Shown here piece after piece: positions 9,339 to 17,696 of a stretch of 64,000 nt of DNA (the stretch's first letter is position 1; each line of letters begins with the position of its first letter). Source of the stretch: an uncultured bacterium (lineage in GTDB: Bacteria > Patescibacteriota > Saccharimonadia > UBA4664). The notes below the pieces were generated by a model, which saw only the letters and a program-made list of their open reading frames with translations, had not been told where the DNA came from and ran no database searches. Both the position numbers and the translations under genes were made by a program. The stretch lies in assembly GCA_963720265.1 (NCBI GenBank), contig CAVRET010000002.1:264704-328703 (forward strand). Direction: 5' to 3'.

Positions 9339-10432
9339 CAGTACAAAAACTTCTCGGGCCGCCGGGCCGCCATCCGCGCGGCCACACGCTCACCCGCTTT
9401 CAGCCACAGTCTGTATCGCGCCGTCCCGTTAAGCGGTAAGTCCCAACACCCGATGAACTCCGTGATCTCCGGGTTAAACTTACGTTTAAATTCATAGAGC
9501 CCAGCGCGCGAGTTTGGCGTGTCAATCTCGTCGCGGTTCGGCGAGCCCACCAAATCGTACTTAACAATTCCGCGCGCCATTAGCCACCGCATCGTCTCCC
9601 ATTGCAAGAGGTATGAGGCCTGCAGCTCTCGCTTAATATCGAATGATCCGCCGTCTTTGTACCACGCCCGCCGGCCAAGCGATGTCACGAAGATCCCGGC
9701 GAGCACATCGCCCTCGTGGCTCGCAAACAACAATTCCGCCCGTCCTGCGTCCCACATCGACTTCCAGTAGTCAGCAAAATACGCTTCCGGCCTGAGGCCA
9801 TAATGCGCCCGCCCTTCCGTCGCACGCATCAGTTCGAACATTATGTGCAAATTTTCAGGTGTTGGATCAACCGGCGCCACCACGACTCCGGCCGCCTGAG
9901 CCTTGCGAATGTTCCGTCTCGCCGTCTGGTTAAAGCTTGCGAGCACCGCCTCTTCCCCTGGCGCCAAATCCACAAACACAGTCGACTTCGAGCCTGGATC
10001 ACGGTTCGCCCGCACCAGCCCGAGCGCCCGCAAACACGCTTTGTCCGGCACGTCGTCATCCAGCACCTCACTCTCAAATCGTGCCCACACGCCGCCAAGA
10101 AGTCCCGACTCGCGCGTTTGCTTCACAATCTCTTCAAAATCGGACAAGCTCGTTACACCTGGGCCCTTCGGGCAGTACCACAGCATCCCAAACCCCGCTA
10201 CGCGCCTTTTGAGCCACTGTACGGCCATGCTGCGACCGTCACCGGTCAAATACACATACCGCCTAGGTTCCCAGCCCCAGCGGGCCTTAAAATCGCCCCA
10301 GGCGCGTGTCTGCAGTGCCATCCCGCCGTCCGGGTTGGCTGCCACCAGCTCGTCCCACCGCGCTACTTCTTCGTCAGTCGCCGCTCGCATCGCCATTTGT
10401 GAGTCATTGTAACCCAATGACAGGTCAAACAT
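9338..10432 (-). CDS. FemAB/FemX-family peptidoglycan interpeptide-bridge aminoacyltransferase-like protein
   Basis: 364 aa. Trp-rich N-terminal motifs (ARWDELV...RAWGDFKARWGWEP) and a GNAT-like C-terminus. Clear paralog of 12697..13683. Confidence 0.7.
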   Translation of the reverse strand: MFDLSLGYNDSQMAMRAATDEEVARWDELVAANPDGGMALQTRAWGDFKARWGWEPRRYVYLTGDGRSMAVQWLKRRVAGFGMLWYCPKGPGVTSLSDFEEIVKQTRESGLLGGVWARFESEVLDDDVPDKACLRALGLVRANRDPGSKSTVFVDLAPGEEAVLASFNQTARRNIRKAQAAGVVVAPVDPTPENLHIMFELMRATEGRAHYGLRPEAYFADYWKSMWDAGRAELLFASHEGDVLAGIFVTSLGRRAWYKDGGSFDIKRELQASYLLQWETMRWLMARGIVKYDLVGSPNRDEIDTPNSRAGLYEFKRKFNPEITEFIGCWDLPLNGTARYRLWLKAGERVAARMAARRPEKFLY

Positions 10433-10506
10433 TATATGCCATTATAAGCATTCCCGTGGCTACGGTATCGATGTAACCACCAGAGTACCCGTAAGGAGGC
10501 GACAAG

Positions 10507-11043
10507 TTGGCAATCACAGTCGACCCGCTCGCCAAAACAACACCCGACCCCAGCGTTGTCTACAGCTCCGCGCAGCTCACGAAGAGCATCAATACAATGC
10601 TGGGTAGGGAAGTAATCGCGCTTGGCACAGAGCACTCGGAGCTCATGGCGATCGCGATCGTCGGTTCGCCGCTCAACCGGCGCAGCATAGCGAATGGGCT
10701 CGCAGCCGGCATCGCTGGCGTCACAAATCATCCCGCGATCCGATTGGCTGTCGCACAGCTCGTTGTCGGCCAGAGCGAGCTGTTCGCCGACGACGAATTC
10801 GAGGTTCTCATCCTGCTGGCCAACGAGTTCCTCAAGCGATTCAGAGGCATTGTCGATTGGTCTCTGGCCAAGACGGAGGGACTTACAAACCTCCTCAAAC
10901 GCCGCGGCCAAGACACTGGCGATACACATATCCTAGCCGCTTACGCCGTTCTCAGGAACGTCAGTTTCTACGGTAAAGCCCTCGTCGACGACGCCCTGAG
11001 CGTGCTCAAGCACTCTACCGATCCCCTGCCGGGCACGAGCTGA
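10507..11043 (+). CDS. hypothetical protein
   Basis: 178 aa with high GC3, followed by two GC-rich hairpins. The opposing ORF 10432..10929 is rich in Cys/Arg/Trp and rejected. Confidence 0.45.
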   Translation: MAITVDPLAKTTPDPSVVYSSAQLTKSINTMLGREVIALGTEHSELMAIAIVGSPLNRRSIANGLAAGIAGVTNHPAIRLAVAQLVVGQSELFADDEFEVLILLANEFLKRFRGIVDWSLAKTEGLTNLLKRRGQDTGDTHILAAYAVLRNVSFYGKALVDDALSVLKHSTDPLPGTS

Positions 11044-11054
11044 GTGCCCACGAA

Positions 11055-11138
11055 CGGGGCGGCCGCCGCACAGAGACGCGCCGCCCCAGATGTACGGAGC
11101 GCCCAACCGCATTTTGCAAACCGCGAAGTGCGGTTTTG
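11055..11138. repeat. paired GC-rich hairpins (member of the CAACCGC...GCGGTTTTG hairpin family) after ORF 10507..11043
   Basis: ggggcggc...gccgcccc inverted repeat, then CAACCGCATTTTGCAAACCGCGAAGTGCGGTTTTG. Confidence 0.5.
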
Positions 11139-11163
11139 TTGTTGGTAGCGTAAACTTGAGCTC

Positions 11164-11976
11164 ATGAAAGTCTACTCCTGGAACGTCAACGGCATCCGCG
11201 CCGTCATGCGCAAAGATCTATTCGCTCCCTTCATCGAAGCCAAGCAGCCGGACATTCTATGCCTTCAAGAAACCAAGGCTCAACCCGATGAAATCGATAC
11301 CGCCACCCCCAATTACCGCATCTATGTTAATTCGGCCGAAAAAAAAGGCTACTCCGGCACTGCAATTTTGAGCAAACCCGAACCCATAGGCATCACCAGC
11401 AACTTTCCGGCCGAGCTCAAAACCAAGTACGACATGACCGAGGATAAATACGGCGACCCCGACACCGAAGGCCGCATCCTCACGGCCGAATACGATAAGT
11501 TTCACCTCGTCACCGTCTACACGGTCAACGTCAAGGACGACCTCTCACGCGTCCCCCTGCGCCACGATCACTGGGATCCGGCCTTTCTCGAATACTGCAA
11601 AGGACTCGAAAGCGGCAAATACGGTTCAGCCAAACCGGTGGTCTTTTGCGGCGACCTAAACGTTGCCCACACTCCCGACGACCTTGCCCGCCCCAAGCCC
11701 AACGAAGGGAAACGTGGCTACACGACCGAGGAGCGCGAAGGTTTCCAAAATTTCATCAATGCCGGCTTTATCGACACCTTCCGCCTCTTCCACCAGGGCA
11801 ACGGCTATTACACCTGGTGGTCACACTTCGGCAACGCCCGCGACAACAACACCGGCTGGCGCATCGATTATTTCCTGGTTAGTGCCACCCTCAAAGATAA
11901 GGTCAAAGCCGCCGACATCCACCCATCCGTCATGGGTTCGGATCATTGCCCCATCAGTCTAGAATTGGACCTCTAA
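11164..11976 (+). CDS. xthA: exodeoxyribonuclease III (AP endonuclease)
   Basis: MKVYSWNVNGIRAV start and SDHCPI C-terminal motif; full-length ExoIII/APE1 family. 270 aa. Confidence 0.93.
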   Translation: MKVYSWNVNGIRAVMRKDLFAPFIEAKQPDILCLQETKAQPDEIDTATPNYRIYVNSAEKKGYSGTAILSKPEPIGITSNFPAELKTKYDMTEDKYGDPDTEGRILTAEYDKFHLVTVYTVNVKDDLSRVPLRHDHWDPAFLEYCKGLESGKYGSAKPVVFCGDLNVAHTPDDLARPKPNEGKRGYTTEEREGFQNFINAGFIDTFRLFHQGNGYYTWWSHFGNARDNNTGWRIDYFLVSATLKDKVKAADIHPSVMGSDHCPISLELDL

Positions 11977-12057
11977 CAAGCAGTTTGGGTGTATAGTATC
12001 CTTCATCGTTAAGCGTTTTACGTCATACGTAACAACACAACGAGTACCGGGAGAAAC

Positions 12058-12582
12058 GTGTCAACCTTGCCGCCGAACTCAACTCATCCGACACTAGCGT
12101 TCGACGTTCTAAGAAAATTGGTTGGGGATGCCCTTGAAGTCGAAATCGAAGCGAGCGTAACTACTGATCTCGGACTCGCCAGACGGCTACGAACTACGAG
12201 CGAGGGGGCGAGATGCGACAGAGAGAGAATGGATGAAGTGCTGGCCAGGGCCATTACCGGCCGCCTAGAGGGAGTCGACCGAATTGCGGGGCTGCACATT
12301 GCGTACTTCATAGTCAGCTCCCGACACAACTTCGACCGCTCTCCAGCGCTCGTCCAGTTGGCCCAAGCGATCGTGATGGTGATTGTGCCATTCGCGCTGC
12401 AGTCAATCAATGGCCAACCGGTCTGCATTCCTGAGTTCATGTTGGAAATCCCGGGAGCGGATGGACTCGGCGATTTGCTCGACGATCTGGAAGAGTGGGC
12501 CGAGGCCGCCCAAAAGTGGCTCCTCACCGCTCCGAGCGCTGGCCCCGCTCGTGGCACCAACGACCAACCAGAGGAGCAGTGA
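12058..12582 (+). CDS. hypothetical protein
   Basis: 174 aa, acidic C-terminus, followed by three GC-rich hairpins. Confidence 0.4.
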   Translation: MSTLPPNSTHPTLAFDVLRKLVGDALEVEIEASVTTDLGLARRLRTTSEGARCDRERMDEVLARAITGRLEGVDRIAGLHIAYFIVSSRHNFDRSPALVQLAQAIVMVIVPFALQSINGQPVCIPEFMLEIPGADGLGDLLDDLEEWAEAAQKWLLTAPSAGPARGTNDQPEEQ

Positions 12583-12600
12583 TGCCGCGCCGTGTGCTTT

Positions 12601-12690
12601 CATGGGGGCGGCACACTCCGCCGAGCCGCCCCCATGAGGCCTTGGGGCCTCACCAACCGCATTCCGCGCCGCGGAATGCGGTTTTGCTTT
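12601..12690. repeat. triple hairpin block after ORF 12058..12582 (family member)
   Basis: 12-bp perfect inverted repeat catgggggcggc/gccgcccccatg, palindrome gaggccttggggcctc, then CAACCGCATTCCGCG/CGCGGAATGCGGTTTTG. Confidence 0.55.
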
Positions 12691-12696
12691 TACGTT

Positions 12697-13683
12697 TTAG
12701 TGGCGCTTGCGCGTAGCCAGCCGCCGGCCGACTTTTTTCGTTACCGGCCAAGCCGTTTGCCAGACCGCATATAGCGCGCGATTCAGTGGCCGGTCCCACG
12801 TGCCGATCCAGTCCGTTTCCACTGGTCCAAATCCCTCTTTAAACCGCGCTACACCCTCGGTTACCCGACCGTTAAAATCGTAAACTCGCAGCCCAGCCGC
12901 TTTCATTTCACGTATCGCCTGCCACTTTAGCGCATAGTTCGCTTTCAATTCCTGGCCGTCTGCGCTCACACCGCCATAGAGCTCATAGGCCGTTCCGCCG
13001 GCCACCGCCAGCCACAAAAACGCCACCGGCCTACTGTCTGCTTTGGCATAGTACAAATAATTCCGCGCCCCGAGCTCCCGCAACAATTTCTCGTAGTACT
13101 CCGTCGGATGGATCCCGAATCCTGCCCGCTCCGCCGTTTCTGCATAAATCTTTGCCATTGGCCCAAGGTCACCCTTAATCTCGCGCGCAATCTCGATTCC
13201 ATCACGCTCGGCCTTACGCACATACTGGCGATGTTTGTGGCTCATGGCAGTCATAATATCGTCTTCGCTTAGTCTCAGGTCAATCGTATACGTGGCACTC
13301 ATCTGAATTTCGTCGCGGGCTTTGCTCCAGCCCTCGGGCAGTCTGGCTTCGAGCCAGGCCGGCTCAGTCCGCACATATAGCGCCTTTTGCTCGCGCGCCC
13401 AAGCCGTCACCTCGCCCAGCAATGCATTCACAGCCGCGCTCCCCGGCTCCCCCACTGGCCCGCGCGGCATATACGCAATCACTCGACCCAACTTGGGAAT
13501 CCGCCACAACAGCACCTGTGCGGCAGCCTCCCAGCTTTCACCATCAACCAAGGCCAGCCGGCGCGGTGTCCAACCCGGCCGCTTCGTCTCGCCCCAACCC
13601 CATAGCTGCAGTGGGTGTCCCCACTCGCTCGCGTCCACCCACGCGTCCCAGGCTTCACGATCCGCGATTTCCACAAGCTTCAT
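12697..13683 (-). CDS. FemAB/FemX-family protein (paralog of 9338..10432)
   Basis: Start taken at the Met of MKLVEIADREAWDAWVD, which aligns with the N-terminus of the first paralog (the track ORF extends to 13830). Shares the WGW/ETKRPGW block. Confidence 0.7.
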   Translation of the reverse strand: MKLVEIADREAWDAWVDASEWGHPLQLWGWGETKRPGWTPRRLALVDGESWEAAAQVLLWRIPKLGRVIAYMPRGPVGEPGSAAVNALLGEVTAWAREQKALYVRTEPAWLEARLPEGWSKARDEIQMSATYTIDLRLSEDDIMTAMSHKHRQYVRKAERDGIEIAREIKGDLGPMAKIYAETAERAGFGIHPTEYYEKLLRELGARNYLYYAKADSRPVAFLWLAVAGGTAYELYGGVSADGQELKANYALKWQAIREMKAAGLRVYDFNGRVTEGVARFKEGFGPVETDWIGTWDRPLNRALYAVWQTAWPVTKKVGRRLATRKRH

Positions 13684-13774
13684 ACCTGCATTGTACAACG
13701 ACACCATCATTGACAAATAAGCACAAGCAGTGTAAAATAATTGTATCCCAACCCCAACGTGAAAGGCCGATGCC

Positions 13775-14188
13775 TTGCAAGGTGAAGTGTTGGAAAACCC
13801 GTGTCCAGTACCCGACCTTCTGGACATCACATATCTGTTGCTCTACATGCAGCCCGACGTGTATGCACGATGCATCCGCACAGAGCTCATGTATGACCCC
13901 AGGAACACCCCGCACAAGTTCACCATGATGCATGGGGAACTCCCGGTCTCGCCAGTGTGGGACATACTGCGCGACGAGCTAGTGCTCGGACTTTTCGAGC
14001 CCATCACCGGCGAACACGCCTCAATAGCTCGAGAAGCAGAGCCGCTCGGCGACTGGATACGGATCACTCTGGACGGGGTGCCCTATTATGCACTCTGGAA
14101 CGACGTCGCGGGCTATGCGACCAGGTTGTTCCAGTTCGTAGAGCCACACGACGGCCCGCTGCAACAGCTGCTAGCACACGCCAACTGA
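13775..14188 (+). CDS. hypothetical protein
   Basis: 137-aa ORF followed by paired hairpins. No domain recognised. Confidence 0.4.
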   Translation: MQGEVLENPCPVPDLLDITYLLLYMQPDVYARCIRTELMYDPRNTPHKFTMMHGELPVSPVWDILRDELVLGLFEPITGEHASIAREAEPLGDWIRITLDGVPYYALWNDVAGYATRLFQFVEPHDGPLQQLLAHAN

Positions 14189-14207
14189 ATGCCCAACTGC
14201 GTTCAAC

Positions 14208-14318
14208 GCCCGGGCCCCGCAGTCTCAATGATGAGGCTACCCGATGGGGTCCGGGCAGAGACCCGAGGGATATATATGCCGCCGCTTTCGCAACCGCGCG
14301 AAGGGGCGGTTTTTCGCG
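14208..14318. repeat. paired hairpins after ORF 13775..14188 (family member)
   Basis: gcccgggcccc...ggggtccgggc, then CGCAACCGCGCGAAGGGGCGGTTTTTCG. Confidence 0.45.
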
Positions 14319-14396
14319 TCATAGAGACTTGTAACAGATAAGAATGCGATCTACAATCTCACCGCACCGAAGCCCGAGCCAACAGGAAGGACCGTA

Positions 14397-14711
14397 ATGT
14401 TCCAGAACGATAAAGAGCTGATGGTGGCTCTGCGGGCGGCAATCAATACATCGGCCATGACGGACGAGTTCAGGCTGGGCGCGACGCTCACCGTCATCCT
14501 GTTGCCAAACGCGACTCCGGAAACCATCGTGGAAACCTACGTCACGATCGGCGAGGTCCACATCGACGATCTGCTCAGGCGGCCGACCCTCTACGTGGCA
14601 CACGTCGCGAGGGCGCTCCTCAGGGTCCGCGCAGCGCTGTCCCCGGACACCGTACGGCTCGCCGAAGCTGCCGACGCCGCATTCCCGGCGAAGGAACCGC
14701 ACACCGGCTAG
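14397..14711 (+). CDS. hypothetical protein
   Basis: 104 aa with an AGGAAGGA ribosome-binding site 6 nt upstream, followed by a perfect 14-bp inverted repeat. Confidence 0.45.
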   Translation: MFQNDKELMVALRAAINTSAMTDEFRLGATLTVILLPNATPETIVETYVTIGEVHIDDLLRRPTLYVAHVARALLRVRAALSPDTVRLAEAADAAFPAKEPHTG

Positions 14712-14750
14712 ATGCCCAACCGGGCGCCACGACAGCCCCAGTCGCTCTGG

Positions 14751-14787
14751 CTCCCATCCCCGCGGCTAAAGAAGCGCGGGGATGGGA
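14751..14787. repeat. perfect 14-bp inverted repeat after ORF 14397..14711
   Basis: ctcccatccccgcg-gctaaagaa-gcgcggggatgggag. Confidence 0.55.
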
Positions 14788-14824
14788 GTTCGCATTTAAT
14801 GCATAATCAAGTACAATCAGCCCC

Positions 14825-15853
14825 ATGTTAATTCTCGGCATCGAAACTTCCTGCGACGAAACCGCCGCCGCGGTCGTGGAAGACGGCCGTCACGCGCACT
14901 CAAACGTCGTCGCATCCCAAATCGACATCCACAAAGAATACGGCGGGGTCGTGCCGGAAGTTGCTGCCCGCAGCCACATCGAAGTCATGCTACCGGTGGT
15001 CCATGAAGCGCTCGATAAAGCCGACGTCACCTGGGATCAGATCGACGGCATTGCTGTCACCTACGGACCCGGCCTGCTTGGCTCACTGCTCATTGGCACG
15101 CTCACAGCCCGCACCATTGCACTCGCCCGCGACAAGCCACTCTACGCCGTCAACCACGTTGTGGCCCACACGTTTGCAAATTTTCTCATTGAACCTGAGC
15201 CTCAATTTCCCATGCTTTCTCTCTCAGCCTCCGGAAAGCACTCCGACCTGCTCTTATTCGAATCTCCACTTGAGTACAAGCTGCTTGGCCAAACCCGCGA
15301 CGACGCCGCCGGCGAGGCCTTCGACAAAGTTGCCCGCATGCTCGGTCTCGAATACCCCGGCGGCCCCAAGATCGGCAAGCTGGCTCCTCAGGGCGACGAG
15401 CAAGCCTATCAGTTGCCTATCGCAAAACTCGGCCAGTCCTATGATTTCTCATTCTCCGGACTCAAAACCGCCGCCCTGCGCACCCTCCAATCTGAAGTTG
15501 GCGGCGATTTCAGCACCCCCAGCATCGAATTACCAGCCCGCCTCACTGACAGGCAAAAAGCCGATATGGCTGCCTCGTTTCAGCGTACGGTTTGCGAAAC
15601 CCTTACCGCAAAGCTCCTCCGAGCCTATCACGAATTCAAGCCCCAAACCGTCGTTATCGCCGGCGGCGTCGCCGCCAATGGACGCCTGCGCGAAGAAGTC
15701 ACGGGCCAAATCCCTATGGAAATGCACTATGCACCCATGCAGTACTGCACCGACAACGCCGCCATGGTCGGCGCCCTCGGCTATCATCTCGCCACAGCCG
15801 GCCGCACCACCGATCCGCTCACACTTCACGCCGAGCCCAGCCTCGAAGTCTAG
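14825..15853 (+). CDS. tsaD: tRNA N6-adenosine threonylcarbamoyltransferase TsaD (Kae1/Gcp)
   Basis: MLILGIETSCDETAAAVV start and HxxGH metal site (NHVVAH). 342 aa. Confidence 0.93.
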   Translation: MLILGIETSCDETAAAVVEDGRHAHSNVVASQIDIHKEYGGVVPEVAARSHIEVMLPVVHEALDKADVTWDQIDGIAVTYGPGLLGSLLIGTLTARTIALARDKPLYAVNHVVAHTFANFLIEPEPQFPMLSLSASGKHSDLLLFESPLEYKLLGQTRDDAAGEAFDKVARMLGLEYPGGPKIGKLAPQGDEQAYQLPIAKLGQSYDFSFSGLKTAALRTLQSEVGGDFSTPSIELPARLTDRQKADMAASFQRTVCETLTAKLLRAYHEFKPQTVVIAGGVAANGRLREEVTGQIPMEMHYAPMQYCTDNAAMVGALGYHLATAGRTTDPLTLHAEPSLEV

Positions 15854-16791
15854 GCGTTAGCCTCATCAATCAGCCGTGCAAACCCCTTACCCGACGCCGC
15901 TTGACCCGCCGCTCGCGGGATCACCCAAAAATGCAAGTGCCTCACCGTTTGCCCGGCTTGCTTGCCAATGTTAATCGATACGTTATAGTCACACGTCAGC
16001 CCGGGCACATGTCGCAAGACCGTCTTCAGATCACGCCACCACGTATCCGGCAATTCAGACAAACTTTCAATGTGAGTCTCGGGAACAATCAGGTAGCATT
16101 TGGGATTGCTTAGCGATTCTATGAGATAAGCACCATCTGAAGAGAATAGCACCTGTCCTTTCAATGCTCCGTTACTCCGACAAAACGGGCACTCCTTGCG
16201 GCTGGCGTGAATAAAATGTATTCCAGAACCACTAATTTCCACTGCCCCTTGGCGAATCACCTCTATTTCATCGTCGGCTATCCGGATGATCGTTGACGGT
16301 GCCCGGTCCACCAGCTCTCCCCCGTCTACGTAAAAATCAACTTGATCACCAAAGTAGTCGCGCGCCTCAGCTACGTTAATAGCAGGCGGTTCGCCCGGCT
16401 GGTTAGCGCTACTCGTTACGAGCGGTCCAGTCTGCTCTAATACTCCCTGAAATTCTGGGTCCTTCGGAATGCGTACCGGAAACGAGTCCAAATCCTGATG
16501 GATATAGCCCAACTCCGGTCCTGCCGGCAGAACCACACTCAGTGGATTCGGCCACAAGTGCGCGACTCTCCGCAACTGCTGCTCCGGCAAGCCCAGTTGG
16601 AGCAGCTGCTCCACGCTCGCCGCCACCACCGTTCCCGGTTTGTGCTCGCGGTTCTTCAGGATGTACAGCCGCTCAACTGCCCTCCGGTCGGTCGCCCGGG
16701 CAACTAAGCCATACACCGTATCGCTCGGAATTACTCCGACTGCATCGGGCACTAGCGCCGAGTTAAGCTGAGTCAAAGCTAAAATTTTCAC
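15850..16791 (-). CDS. tsaC: threonylcarbamoyl-AMP synthase TsaC/YrdC domain fused to a C-terminal HIT-family hydrolase domain
   Basis: N-terminus VIPSDTVYGLVARATD...KNREHKPGTVV is the YrdC fold. C-terminus carries the histidine-triad motif VRHLHFWVIP. 313 aa. Confidence 0.8.
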   Translation of the reverse strand: MKILALTQLNSALVPDAVGVIPSDTVYGLVARATDRRAVERLYILKNREHKPGTVVAASVEQLLQLGLPEQQLRRVAHLWPNPLSVVLPAGPELGYIHQDLDSFPVRIPKDPEFQGVLEQTGPLVTSSANQPGEPPAINVAEARDYFGDQVDFYVDGGELVDRAPSTIIRIADDEIEVIRQGAVEISGSGIHFIHASRKECPFCRSNGALKGQVLFSSDGAYLIESLSNPKCYLIVPETHIESLSELPDTWWRDLKTVLRHVPGLTCDYNVSINIGKQAGQTVRHLHFWVIPRAAGQAASGKGFARLIDEANA

Positions 16792-16886
16792 CGCTGGATC
16801 ATATCATAACTAATAATTCGGCCATCTTGACCACGGTCTGGGCAGTGTTCGCCGGTTCCATAGCGGAACCGGCGAACACCCGTCGG

Positions 16887-17495
16887 TCATGGCGTGCTTC
16901 GGCCGGTACTGATGCCCTTGAACGTCTCGGCGATTGCCACAAGTGCCGTCACCCGGCGATCACGAAGTTCCCGAGCGGCGCCCTGCTTACCAGCGTCATC
17001 GAGCTCTTGGATGGCGACCTGGGCCGCGGTCCCCCATGCCGCTAGCATGGCCCCGAGAACGACTTCCATCAACATCTCACGTCCTAGGGCAGTATAAAGT
17101 CGCCTCAGGGCATAAGCGTACTGGGCCTGACTGCTGAACAAGTAGCAGCACACTCTAAACTGCTCGCCATGCTCACAGAAGAGCTCATACGAATCGAGCA
17201 CATCGCTGCAGAGGCTGTCTACCACCTTGGGGCCGATCAGCTCAGCCAGGTTATCCATTTCCGATCGAATCAGATCAGAGGTAGGCGAGGACAGTCTGAG
17301 TGCCACCGGCTCGCCCTCGTACGTGAGGACACACCAGCCGCCCAACCGTGTCCCCTCGTTAAGCGTCGTATCGGCCGAAACCGAAACGAGCCTTAGAATT
17401 AGGTCGCTCGGCGCCCGGTGGTCACCTAGCATCTCATACCGCAGATCCCCCGGCAGCATGCACCCAGAAAGATCCGGGTTTCTGACACCTTTCAT
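16887..17495 (-). CDS. hypothetical protein
   Basis: 202-aa ORF divergent from valS. No domain recognised. Confidence 0.4.
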   Translation of the reverse strand: MKGVRNPDLSGCMLPGDLRYEMLGDHRAPSDLILRLVSVSADTTLNEGTRLGGWCVLTYEGEPVALRLSSPTSDLIRSEMDNLAELIGPKVVDSLCSDVLDSYELFCEHGEQFRVCCYLFSSQAQYAYALRRLYTALGREMLMEVVLGAMLAAWGTAAQVAIQELDDAGKQGAARELRDRRVTALVAIAETFKGISTGRSTP

Positions 17496-17696
17496 CTGTC
17501 CTCATCTCGCACCGGCCTAGCTTTCAGCCAGTAACAATCCGTCGTATGTGACAACATTGTGTTTATAATATTTTAGACAAAAAGTCGATATTATTCCACT
17601 TAACCTGTCCAAACCGGCCTCAACACGCTACACTAAGTCCAACAACAATTCGGCCTTTCGCCACATAACGACAACGTTCAGAAAGGAATTCTCTTC

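Noticed and set aside
10432-10929. 165-aa minus-strand ORF overlapping hypothetical gene 10507..11043
   Set aside because: It is Cys/Arg/Trp-rich with poor codon periodicity. The plus-strand partner has GC3-biased codons, so it is kept instead.
17496-17696. AT-rich 200-nt leader upstream of valS, examined for a T-box riboswitch
   Set aside because: No T-box consensus (AGGGUGGNACCGCG) or specifier-loop architecture is recognisable. It is probably just a promoter/5' UTR.
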